Part shown: positions 49,499 to 58,531 of the stretch, piece after piece
Layout of the letters: each line of letters begins with the position of its first letter
How positions within the stretch are numbered: the stretch's first letter is position 1
DNA from: a bacterium
GTDB taxonomy: Bacteria > Patescibacteriota > Microgenomatia > JAMCZE01
NCBI GenBank assembly: GCA_021836035.1
Contig: JAKBJL010000003.1
Span: 68,135-132,134 of the forward strand
Reading direction: 5' to 3'
DNA: 64,000 bases
The notes under the pieces: model-generated
Databases searched by the model: none
What the model was told of the DNA's origin: nothing
What the model saw: the letters and a program-made list of their open reading frames with translations, nothing else
Translations under genes and position numbers: made by a program

Positions 49499-49840
49499 TT
49501 AAGGGGAGTGCTTGAGGCCGCAGCCGCTAAAAGCCCGCGGCTTTAAATAGCGGAAACAGGCTTCACAGATCCGGCTGCCGGAAGTTTCCGGTGTAGGGTC
49601 AAGATAATCCGGGCTGATACGACCTTCTAATTCTGCCCGGACACCGTCGACAATAGCGGCAAAGAATTTCTTGCGGACTTCCGGATCACGCGTGTTAAAC
49701 CAGGGATTAATATCAATGCTCAGGCGGAAATGGTCTTCCACCGCTTTTTCGATATTACCGCTGTCGCGTCTGGCGTTATCTGCCAAGCAGCGGAAAAGGA
49801 TCGCTTGCGGTTCCAGCACCCTTATTCTTTCCCGTCCCAC
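49499..49840 (-). CDS. hypothetical protein
   Basis: 113-aa ORF with C-terminal CxxC. Confidence 0.6.
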   Translation of the reverse strand: MGRERIRVLEPQAILFRCLADNARRDSGNIEKAVEDHFRLSIDINPWFNTRDPEVRKKFFAAIVDGVRAELEGRISPDYLDPTPETSGSRICEACFRYLKPRAFSGCGLKHSP

Positions 49841-49883
49841 AATTTCAGTTTACACGCTTTTTCACGGAAAACAATGGCGGTAG

Positions 49884-50966
49884 TTAAGGGAGATCTTCCC
49901 AGGGGAAATCATTTCCGGGGCTTTGTGCCTTATCAAATTGTCTGACAAATAAACCGGCATAAAAAAGACTGGCGGTAAATTCTTTTATCTGGGCCATACT
50001 TTGGTAAGCCCGAGTAACCTGCTCCGGACTTTTAAGAAGGTTAAAACGTCGGGCGTTGTAGAGAGCGTGTGGCAGATAGCGTTTGTAGGCAGAAGCATCA
50101 GCCAGTTCGTATCCGACCAGAAAGAAAGTGCGGAGGATGTTCGCTTCTGTCTGCGGACTGATGCCCGAATAGGTGATATCCGCACTGTCGAATAGCCCGA
50201 CAAGAGAGCCGAAGAGTGACTTCCAAACCGGCGGCTCCAGCTTTTCCTGTAATTTATATTCTGTCCGTTGAGCTTCCTGAAAGACGGCTCGGGACCAGAG
50301 TCTGGGGTCGTTTTCCGCAAAGCGGTTATCAAAATAGATATTTAAAAGAGGGGATTTGCTTCCGGTCGGAAAGAGCTCGCGATGCTTTATATCAACAGGT
50401 GTCGGATCGGGGTAAACCAGGATGGGATCAGAAATATCTTCGGATAGCAAGTTATAGACACGGTCCACATTAAAAGAAGGATTATTTTTTAACATGGACA
50501 AAATAACCCCGGCTTCCATCGTGCCGTAAAAAATTTTTCTCAGAATTTTGCCTCCTGGGTAATTTTTATTGTCCGGAATCAACCCCAAAACAGAGAAAGT
50601 ATTGCTGATTTCTCCCGCAGGTTGATAGATTCCCGTGATATTTCCGATATCATAGCCCATGGCTAAGAGAAGAAACATATTGGAGGAGTTTTGCCTCAAC
50701 ATTTCCTCCGGAGATTCGGGAAGCAATTGAAAAATACGCAGTTTGCTGGCTAATCCTGCTAGGCATGCGGTAGCGATAATTAAACCGTCAGAAGTAAAAG
50801 TACGGCGCATCTCTACCTGCACGGGGAGTAAATAATGGTTCAGGCTCTCGCTCCAGGCAGCCGGGTCCTGTTCGGCAACGCTGTGGGTAGTGGCCCAGGC
50901 GACGAGAGGAGTTTTGGGGCTAGACGGCAGGTCTAAGTAATCAGGGGTATCAAATTCCCGAGCCAT
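49884..50966 (-). CDS. hypothetical protein with an internal domain duplication
   Basis: KTPL..AEQDPAAWS...MGYDIG and KSPL..AENDPRLWS...VGYELA. Confidence 0.75.
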   Translation of the reverse strand: MAREFDTPDYLDLPSSPKTPLVAWATTHSVAEQDPAAWSESLNHYLLPVQVEMRRTFTSDGLIIATACLAGLASKLRIFQLLPESPEEMLRQNSSNMFLLLAMGYDIGNITGIYQPAGEISNTFSVLGLIPDNKNYPGGKILRKIFYGTMEAGVILSMLKNNPSFNVDRVYNLLSEDISDPILVYPDPTPVDIKHRELFPTGSKSPLLNIYFDNRFAENDPRLWSRAVFQEAQRTEYKLQEKLEPPVWKSLFGSLVGLFDSADITYSGISPQTEANILRTFFLVGYELADASAYKRYLPHALYNARRFNLLKSPEQVTRAYQSMAQIKEFTASLFYAGLFVRQFDKAQSPGNDFPWEDLP

Positions 50967-51049
50967 AACGGGATGTTAACAAGCTGGAGTTTTGATTACA
51001 AGAATAGCCTATTGCAAGTAACTATGGGGGTTGCTATATTCCCCGTATC

Positions 51050-51676
51050 GTGAATAGAGAAAGGGATCAATTAGATATCGACGGAGTAATCTGCGCTTCC
51101 AGCATCACCGTTACGGCAAAGGTTAACCAGCTCCCCGGTATTTCTAACAAATATTCTCCTTCCGATATTGATTCCTGGGATTTCTTCTCTAAAGATGTTT
51201 TACGCCGAACGGGAAATGAGGAGTTGGCGAAGAGAGCGGAAAGCTATTGGTTTGACGGCCCGACATTATTTGCCGCACCCAGAGAACCTTTTGCTCTTTT
51301 AGGCATCTTGGTAATGAGCGCTTTACATTATGAACACCATCCCGCAACTTCCCGTAAGGAGAGCCACCGCGTGGGAACCTTGGACTGGTTAGATAGCCGA
51401 TATCCGAAATTGATCAGGCATGAGAATGTTCATTTCCGCAATGGTAGTTGTTCCGGAAACGAATTGAAGGCAGAGATTCATGACAAGATAAAGCCAGTAT
51501 TGATTTTTGAAGACAACGGCGACACCATAAAATATTTTCTGTATCACGGGATAGATCCACATAAAATTGTGATGATCGACCGTCCCTGGAACAGGTCATT
51601 TAAAGAATACGATAAATTGCGGGTAGAAAACTGGCTTCACGCCGTTCCCCGGATACTGACGGCCACCGTGAAGTAG
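51050..51676 (+). CDS. HAD-superfamily 5'(3')-nucleotidase-like protein
   Basis: LDIDGVI (DxD), TSR..T..WL, IFEDN, IDRPWN, RVENW. Confidence 0.8.
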   Translation: MNRERDQLDIDGVICASSITVTAKVNQLPGISNKYSPSDIDSWDFFSKDVLRRTGNEELAKRAESYWFDGPTLFAAPREPFALLGILVMSALHYEHHPATSRKESHRVGTLDWLDSRYPKLIRHENVHFRNGSCSGNELKAEIHDKIKPVLIFEDNGDTIKYFLYHGIDPHKIVMIDRPWNRSFKEYDKLRVENWLHAVPRILTATVK

Positions 51677-51742
51677 GATTATTGTCAGAACCTTGCTTCT
51701 TCCCCCCGGGGCGCTTAAAATCCGGCTGGATTACAATAAACT

Positions 51743-52513
51743 ATGATAAACGATGTGATCGTGGTTAATAATTTGGTTAAGAAATATAAGAAGGCTAAGG
51801 AAAATGCCGTGGATAATGTTTCTTTCCGGGTTAGGAAGGGGGAATTCTTTGCTTTCCTGGGGCCTAACGGCGCCGGTAAAACTACGACCATCTCTATTTT
51901 AACGACGATTTTGGCAAAGACTTCGGGGGAGGTAAAAATTGCCGGTTACGATATTGAAAAGCAACAAAAAGAGGTCCGGAAAAATATCGGGGTTATTTTC
52001 CAAAAACCCAGCCTCGACGAAAATCTGACCGCGGAAGAAAATATCCGCCTGCACGCGATTTTATACGGCCTTTATCCTTTTGCACCGACTTATTCCCAGA
52101 TGCCGGCAACCTACAAACGAAAAGTGGCGCAATTAACGGAACTCCTCGATATCGGAAAAGAAATCTTTAATCCTATTAAAACTTATTCCGGGGGGATGAA
52201 ACGAAAACTGGAAATTATCCGAAGCCTGATGCATAGTCCTAAGGTTCTTTTTCTGGATGAACCGACTTCCGGACTGGATCCGGTTTCCCGGAAAAACCTC
52301 TGGGAATATCTTAGCGGGGTACGAAAATCCCGCAAGACGACGATTTTTTTGACCACCCATTACTTAGAAGAAGCTGAAGACGCAGACGAAGTTTGTATTA
52401 TTAACCACGGTAAAATTGTCGCTATCGGAGCACCGGGAAAAATTAAAAATAACGGAACCAGATCTCTGGAAGAGGCATATATCAAAATAATAGAAGAAGA
52501 TGTACGAGCTTAA
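51743..52513 (+). CDS. ABC-2 transporter ATP-binding protein (DrrA-like)
   Basis: GPNGAGKTT, YSGGMKRKLE, FLDEPT, LTTHY. Confidence 0.95.
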   Translation: MINDVIVVNNLVKKYKKAKENAVDNVSFRVRKGEFFAFLGPNGAGKTTTISILTTILAKTSGEVKIAGYDIEKQQKEVRKNIGVIFQKPSLDENLTAEENIRLHAILYGLYPFAPTYSQMPATYKRKVAQLTELLDIGKEIFNPIKTYSGGMKRKLEIIRSLMHSPKVLFLDEPTSGLDPVSRKNLWEYLSGVRKSRKTTIFLTTHYLEEAEDADEVCIINHGKIVAIGAPGKIKNNGTRSLEEAYIKIIEEDVRA

Positions 52514-53279
52514 CGCCATTATTTCCATCGCTTACAGAGACGTTTTGAAGTTTTTAAGGGACCGGTCCCGAATTGTGGCCACTTTTATCTTTCCTTTTAT
52601 TTTTATCGGAGTTTTAGGGGGAAGCCTTCAATCTAATTTGGGGGGAGAGGTGGGTTTTAATTTTTTGACTTTTATGTTTACGGGAGTACTGGCTCAGACG
52701 CTTTTTCAATCGGCTGCCGCCGGCATTATTTCTCTTATTGAAGACCGGGAAAATGATTTTTCCCAGGAAATGTTTGTTTCTCCAGTTTCCCGCTATACCA
52801 TTATCATTGGCAAAATCCTGGGAGAATCGGTAGTAGCTTATCTCCAGGCGGTCGGGGTGGTAGTTTTTGCTTTACTGATCGGTGTGCCCATGGTTTTTTC
52901 CCAGCTTGTTTGGCTAATACCTATCGGAATTATTATCTGTCTTTTTGGGGGGGCCTTCGGTGTTTTGGTTATGTCGCAGTTATCCAGCCAGCGAGCCGCA
53001 AACCAAATTTTCCCTTTCCTGATTTTTCCCCAATTTTTTCTCGCCGGGGTATTTACCCCGATGAAACACCTGCCGATTTACCTATTTATTCTTTCCCGTA
53101 TTTCTCCGATGACATATGCTGTTGACCTGGCCCGGGGCATCTATTATTTGGGGAAACCGGAGTTTAACCGGCTGGTGATTTATAATCCGGTCCTTGATCT
53201 GATAATCATTACCATATTTACGATACTAATGATTACTGTCGGAACTTTTTTCTTCGTCCGCAATGAACGGAATAGGTAA
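52500..53279 (+). CDS. ABC-2 transporter permease (DrrB-like)
   Basis: Six TM segments, DRE..F..EM.VSPVSR, SPMTYAVD. Confidence 0.92.
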   Translation: MYELNAIISIAYRDVLKFLRDRSRIVATFIFPFIFIGVLGGSLQSNLGGEVGFNFLTFMFTGVLAQTLFQSAAAGIISLIEDRENDFSQEMFVSPVSRYTIIIGKILGESVVAYLQAVGVVVFALLIGVPMVFSQLVWLIPIGIIICLFGGAFGVLVMSQLSSQRAANQIFPFLIFPQFFLAGVFTPMKHLPIYLFILSRISPMTYAVDLARGIYYLGKPEFNRLVIYNPVLDLIIITIFTILMITVGTFFFVRNERNR

Positions 53280-53375
53280 AATAGTTACCTTATATTAGTA
53301 ACCGGAAAATTCTTCGGAGCGGATATTATCCTCGGGAGCTACGGCGGAAAAAAAGAGCTTCTTTTAGAGAAACAA

Positions 53376-53951
53376 TCATATCCGAGGGGCCCAAGAGACG
53401 GTAGATCGGGGAGTCAAAGCAGAGAAATAATCGAAAGGGGCGTGGATCAGGCCCTTCAGTTTATCAGAGTAAGGGTGACTAATCGCTTTCTGCTTCTTTA
53501 TCAGTAGGGATTTTTTTGCGGCGGCTTCATCGGCTTGCCGGAAGATATTTGGCAAATTCGGGGGGATAGATAGCCCGGGCAATGCGGGAATATAAGTTTG
53601 TAGGCGGGAATAGGACAGTTCCTTCTGCTCGGATTTTTGGGTTATTTTCTCGCCGGCAGTGACTTCAATACCGGTATGCAAATCATAAATCACGAAGGTA
53701 GAAGACTAAATAAATCCATAAACATCTAGCTCTTTGGGTTTTTGATCGGGCTGAGTTTTTAGCTTATCAGCCAGATAATAGGCGAATTCCACTAAAGCTT
53801 TCTCTTTTTCGTTTACTAGCAGGTAATTTTCGGTATGGGTAAGTTTGTCGATAGGTACCGGAAAAACGGCAGTTTTTCGCGCTCCGGGGATGTCATAATT
53901 CCGGCAGATATTATTAGGCAAGTTAGTTTTTCTGTCAGCGTTTGGGCGCAA
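53376..53951 (-). pseudogene. hypothetical gene split by an in-frame TAG
   Basis: ORFs 53706-53951 and 53376-53693 share a frame and are separated by one TAG plus 4 codons. Confidence 0.55.
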
Positions 53952-53994
53952 TCGGGTATGAAGTTAAAAGCTTCGAAATTATAAATCCGAAAAG

Positions 53995-54420
53995 CTAGGA
54001 TTTATAGAGTTTTACCAAGTCGAAAATGCCCAGGGCTAAAAATGACAGGGTTAGGGTTCTAACAAGACTTTTTACTAGAGGATCGACAAAAAAAGCGGCA
54101 GGACCCAGAAAAGATTGTAGCTGCATATCTCCTAAAGAAACAATCATAGACCTCGCGGTATAAATCATTAAGCCGATAAAAATTAGAGTAAGAGACCTTC
54201 CGATTTTCCCCTGCTTATATAGGTTTATCTCCGAGAAGGAATAGAAGAGCCAAATAATTATTAAAAAATTAGAAACTCCCAAAAGATAAAGGAACAAATT
54301 CTGCGGGGATTGCATAAGCGAACGCTGGCTCGTGAAAGTCAGGGGAGCGATAATAATAAGAACGCTAATTACGACTAAAAAGTACTTCTTCAGCAACTTG
54401 ATTTCCCGGATTCGTTTCAT
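53995..54420 (-). CDS. 4-TM membrane protein
   Basis: Hydrophobic ORF overlapping the upstream stop (ATGA). Confidence 0.75.
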   Translation of the reverse strand: MKRIREIKLLKKYFLVVISVLIIIAPLTFTSQRSLMQSPQNLFLYLLGVSNFLIIIWLFYSFSEINLYKQGKIGRSLTLIFIGLMIYTARSMIVSLGDMQLQSFLGPAAFFVDPLVKSLVRTLTLSFLALGIFDLVKLYKS

Positions 54421-54995
54421 AAGGGTTGGTAAATAGGTTTATATTTCAGTTCCGGATAATTGTTTAAAACGGACTCCGAAGCGTATAGTGCCGGTTTCCC
54501 AAAAGCCCGGACATATTCTCGGATTAATTTTTCTACATCAGCATAAGTTGTTTTTTCACCAGCTTTAATTTTCCCCGAGTCATCGATATATAATCCCGAT
54601 TTTCGGGCTGCATTCAGACAATAAGGTCTTCCCAAAATATCGCACTCCTTTTCGATAATTTCATTACCGATTTTTTGTATATCGTATTCCGGAGCGATAT
54701 CCACACCGACCGCAGTTTCGGCGGGATGAAGTGAGACATCGGTTTCTCTCGGGGTAAGAGGGGAGCTCATAGCTTCACTATTATAGAGTAATTTTAACAA
54801 AGGCTCCAAGAGGCTAATAACAAAGAGGGCAGTTCCGAAAATTAAAGTATTGCCGCCGATTATAACGGTGAACATATTTTTCTCGAAATAAAAAAGGATA
54901 AAATTTCCGATAAAGACAGCGATGATCCCGACCATAGCAATAGGGATGTAGATAATTAGATAATATAAAAAAGCTTTAACTTTAGAAAAGCCCAT
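54417..54995 (-). CDS. 2-TM protein with a C-terminal small helical domain
   Basis: IIEKECDILG..CLNAARKSGLYID...VEKLIREYVRAFGKPA. Confidence 0.75.
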   Translation of the reverse strand: MGFSKVKAFLYYLIIYIPIAMVGIIAVFIGNFILFYFEKNMFTVIIGGNTLIFGTALFVISLLEPLLKLLYNSEAMSSPLTPRETDVSLHPAETAVGVDIAPEYDIQKIGNEIIEKECDILGRPYCLNAARKSGLYIDDSGKIKAGEKTTYADVEKLIREYVRAFGKPALYASESVLNNYPELKYKPIYQPL

Positions 54996-55222
54996 ACTTA
55001 ATTACAATAGCAGATATTTGTTTATTTGGCTATTTCGATTCCGCCACTCCCAATAATTAGTTTTTTGTTTGGGGTTTCTTTGGGGGTTGAACCCCATAAC
55101 GGGCGATACAAGCATAAATATAAGAACAAATAATAGTATCGATAATTCGCACGTGCGAGTTATTGGTTCTATATTAGCCCTAGCCCAAGAAGTATTCCGG
55201 GTCAAAAAGTACGAAATGGGGT

Positions 55223-55765
55223 TCAAACCTCTAAGGTTTGTAACGGTTCCTGCCATTTAATTGAGGCCACGATTCTTCGCCCAATTTTTTGATATTCCAA
55301 ATTACCGTTTCGTTTTGCTAGTTCCTTTTTGAGGGTAAAAATTCCGCAACCCCCCGGACGTTGTTTTGTTGTATAGGGATTAGGGGATAAAACAGCCTGC
55401 CTTATTTCCGACATGGCTGTTTCAGGATCGGAATGTACAAAATTATCTTCCACGCGGACGCTGTGATTACCGGCCCTTACGCTGATTCTATAACCTGCCC
55501 GGCGATTCAATTCAGCCTGTTGATGTGTAGCGGCCTTCTGCAACTCTTCGGTATTTGTGTTGTGCGTGCCCTTGGCGAACGCGATGTCATCGGTGTTTCG
55601 AAAGGCCTGGCAGTTGGATATAAGTTCCAGGATACAGGTGCATAACCAGAGCGGCGGTTCAGAACCGGGACCCGTTAATAAAGCTCCCTCAAAATCAACC
55701 GCGATACCAAAGTCGCGTAAATAAGTGGTCGTTATTAGTTCGGTAAATGATTCATTATCCGTCAT
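55223..55765 (-). CDS. stand-alone HATPase_c (GHKL) domain protein
   Basis: N box ILELISN, G1 VRVEDN, F box PYTTK, G2 GGCGIF; no His-box. Confidence 0.75.
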   Translation of the reverse strand: MTDNESFTELITTTYLRDFGIAVDFEGALLTGPGSEPPLWLCTCILELISNCQAFRNTDDIAFAKGTHNTNTEELQKAATHQQAELNRRAGYRISVRAGNHSVRVEDNFVHSDPETAMSEIRQAVLSPNPYTTKQRPGGCGIFTLKKELAKRNGNLEYQKIGRRIVASIKWQEPLQTLEV

Positions 55766-55916
55766 AGATCGGATTTTAATATATCTTTTGTTAAAGAGGA
55801 AATATACACGCGGTATTAAAGAAAACCGGAACTTTTAATAAATAATTGTGAATATATCGGATCGGTATAACAAATTGAACCATGGGGTTATGGATGGTAC
55901 AATCCACATCATCTTT

Positions 55917-56423
55917 ATGAAAGAACGGCCATTAAATTCAGGTGAAATGCCCCGAACTGATTTCCACTATGAGGAATTTGAGGGTCTCTTAAGTAATTAT
56001 TACCTGGGATTGCTTCCTCTGAAAGAAGGGGAACCGCAAGATCGGTCTGATTTTGAATCTATAACAGGCATATTAAATGGTTTTGCGGAAAGACACGGGG
56101 TTCAAACACCGGAAGAAGCAGTGGCGCATCCCCGTCTTTTACCTGGAGAGACAGAACAATTCGATGTAATTGACTCATGTTTTTCGATTATCGATTCAAT
56201 GAGATCTTTTCGGAGCGACTTTGGGGTAGGAATGGAAACGGGCACTGTGGATTTACAAGAACGATTTAAGCTGGGGCGCTTGATTTTGGGAATAATGCAT
56301 CGGCACGGGGTAATTCAGGCGGAATTCGAAGAGATTGACGGCGCCCCAACGCCCGTAAGGGTTTTAAGCGAAGACAAAGAAAAGATCTATAAACCGCTTC
56401 AGGAAATCTTAGGAGAAAATTAA
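55917..56423 (+). CDS. hypothetical protein (acidic)
   Basis: ORF from MKERPL with upstream TACAAT. Confidence 0.65.
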   Translation: MKERPLNSGEMPRTDFHYEEFEGLLSNYYLGLLPLKEGEPQDRSDFESITGILNGFAERHGVQTPEEAVAHPRLLPGETEQFDVIDSCFSIIDSMRSFRSDFGVGMETGTVDLQERFKLGRLILGIMHRHGVIQAEFEEIDGAPTPVRVLSEDKEKIYKPLQEILGEN

Positions 56424-56519
56424 TTTTCTTCATAACCCAAAAGTGAAAAAGAGGGTTCAACCCTACACCACGCACGTGCGGATTATCGGTTCTATATTAA
56501 CAACAGGGGATGGAGTTAG

Positions 56520-57200
56520 TTAGGGGCATGTATTACTGCGAATGAAACCTGCTTTTAAGGCCTCCTGTTCCGTGCAGAACCATTGGTCGTCGGTAGAGAG
56601 GTCGATTTTTACCTGGGAATAATTCCGGCAGTCGGGAGTCATATAAGATTTATAAGGCTTTTTCGTATCGACATAGCCCTTAATTGAACAGGGGCCCTCC
56701 TTTGCTGAAGCTTCGGAGGGTAGAAAATTTGGGGGAGTAAGGGAGAGACAAACATCGCTATGAAGACCGAGATTTCGAGAAATAGCGAAATTGTATGCAA
56801 TTTTTAATTCTTCACGCTTGGGGTTTTGGGTATAATCCGCCCCGGGCAAAACCGGAGGAGAGTATTCCCCGGTTGATATAAAGATTTCCCAGAAAAACAT
56901 TTGCCATGATCCGGCCGTAAGGATCGGTAAATTGGTCGGAAAGAGAAATATTTTTATTTAAGACTAAAGAGGAAAGTTTGTCTTTAGCCTCCGAACTTAA
57001 ACATTTACCCATCTCCGGCGCATTTACTCCCAGAAGGCGAACCCGTTTTCCGCCTTCGAAGTCGATTTTAAAAGTATCGCCGTCAATTATTTCGGTGACC
57101 CGGTAAGTCGGGGAGGATGATTGATGAAGAAGAAAAGAGCGTTAAAAATTAGGGAAATAAAAGCGATTAGGGAAACAAGAGGCAGGAGGAAATTAGCCAC
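56520..57200 (-). pseudogene. thermonuclease (SNase) with C-terminal Cys/Ada-like domain, two frameshifts
   Basis: Three frames: TM leader / VTEIIDGDTF..RVRLLGVNAPE..DPYGRIMA / CSIKG..WFCTEQEALKAGF; shifts near 57120 and 56840. Confidence 0.8.
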
Positions 57201-57499
57201 ATAGATAGTTTAGGGGATTTGGGAAGAGGGGTAAAGTACGATAAACGATATTAATAGCATAATAATAGATAAGAGAGTGGAGCTTTATAAGGCTCATAAG
57301 TCCTATCGGGAATATGATAAAATCTTTCTATGAATCTATCAGTAGGGATTTCAACTTCGCAAGCCCAAGTAATTATCTCTTCACCTATCAATATAAATTC
57401 ATCCTTCCAAAGCCGAGAATGGAAAGATTATGGATGAGTTGGGGAGAATTAAGCATCCCCAGGCCCTATCTATTGGCTCTATTATGCTAAAATAATGGG

Positions 57500-58531
57500 G
57501 TGAAAGAGAGGGATATGAAAGATCAGGCTGTAAAAAGCGAACCCAATATTTTGGAAATAGGGCAGATCGCAGATAGTGGTGCTACTCCGGGTTTTTCGGT
57601 AGCAATTATTACCCCAGAATTTTCTAAAAGCATTTCTCATGGATGCTTTACAGACGCAAGGGATAAGGAGGTTGGTGAAGAAACAATGTACGATCTTGCC
57701 TCAGTAACAAAACTATATACAACGGCTGTTTTGTTGAGATTGTACGAACATGGGAAATTATCAATCTATGACGTTTGTGCAAAATACTTAGAGAATTTTG
57801 CCGGTTCTAAAGTTCAGTTAATCGATTTGCTCACTCATAGAGTTGATTTTGGGATTGAGCTTTCTAAATTTAGGGTTCGTTATCCCACGACTTTTGCTCA
57901 AGAAATATTAAAAATTAAGCCTCCGGCTGAGCCCGCAAGTGATGTTCACTATGCAAATCTTGGGTTTATTTATTTAGGCAAAATTGTTGAGATGGTGGAA
58001 AACCAAAGTTTAGACATTGTTACGAAAAACTTTTTTATAGAAATGGGTCTTCATAGAACAACTACTGGTGTGCATATTAAAGCAGATCGAACGTTGACAC
58101 CTCCGACTGAGGTTATGGGGAATGATGTGGTTCAAAGTGAGACCCATGATGAGTCCGCTCGCTTGCTTGGCGGGGTGGCCGGGAATGCTGGCGTATTTGC
58201 AAGCGCGCGAGATCTGGCCTTATTTGGCAATGCTTGGGTTAACGGAAAAATTATTGGTCAGGGGACAACAGCGGATGTTTTTAAGAATTATAACCTGTCA
58301 GGGCGGCACCCACAGGGTTTAGGTTGGTGGCAAAGACTGCCTGCTAGTAGTGGTGAAATAAGGCTTAGAAGCGCTTTTTGTCACCCGGGTTTTACAGGTG
58401 CTTTGCTTCTTGTTAATCCCTTAACGGAAAAAGTTTGCGCGTTTACTTGTAATAGGACATATTATGGGCGGGGAAACGAGAGACATCGAAAAATTTGGGA
58501 ACTTTTGGCAAAGTGGGCAGATGAAACCTAA
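57500..58531 (+). CDS. serine hydrolase (class C beta-lactamase/AmiE-like)
   Basis: DLASVTK (SxxK), LLTH, YAN (YxN), HDE.A..LGGVAGNAGVF, HPGFTG. Confidence 0.88.
   Translation: MKERDMKDQAVKSEPNILEIGQIADSGATPGFSVAIITPEFSKSISHGCFTDARDKEVGEETMYDLASVTKLYTTAVLLRLYEHGKLSIYDVCAKYLENFAGSKVQLIDLLTHRVDFGIELSKFRVRYPTTFAQEILKIKPPAEPASDVHYANLGFIYLGKIVEMVENQSLDIVTKNFFIEMGLHRTTTGVHIKADRTLTPPTEVMGNDVVQSETHDESARLLGGVAGNAGVFASARDLALFGNAWVNGKIIGQGTTADVFKNYNLSGRHPQGLGWWQRLPASSGEIRLRSAFCHPGFTGALLLVNPLTEKVCAFTCNRTYYGRGNERHRKIWELLAKWADET

Noticed and set aside
28997-53951. Stop-codon reassignment explaining the in-frame stops
   Set aside because: The interruptions use different codons (TAA, TAA, TAG), and TAA, TAG and TGA all terminate intact genes normally.
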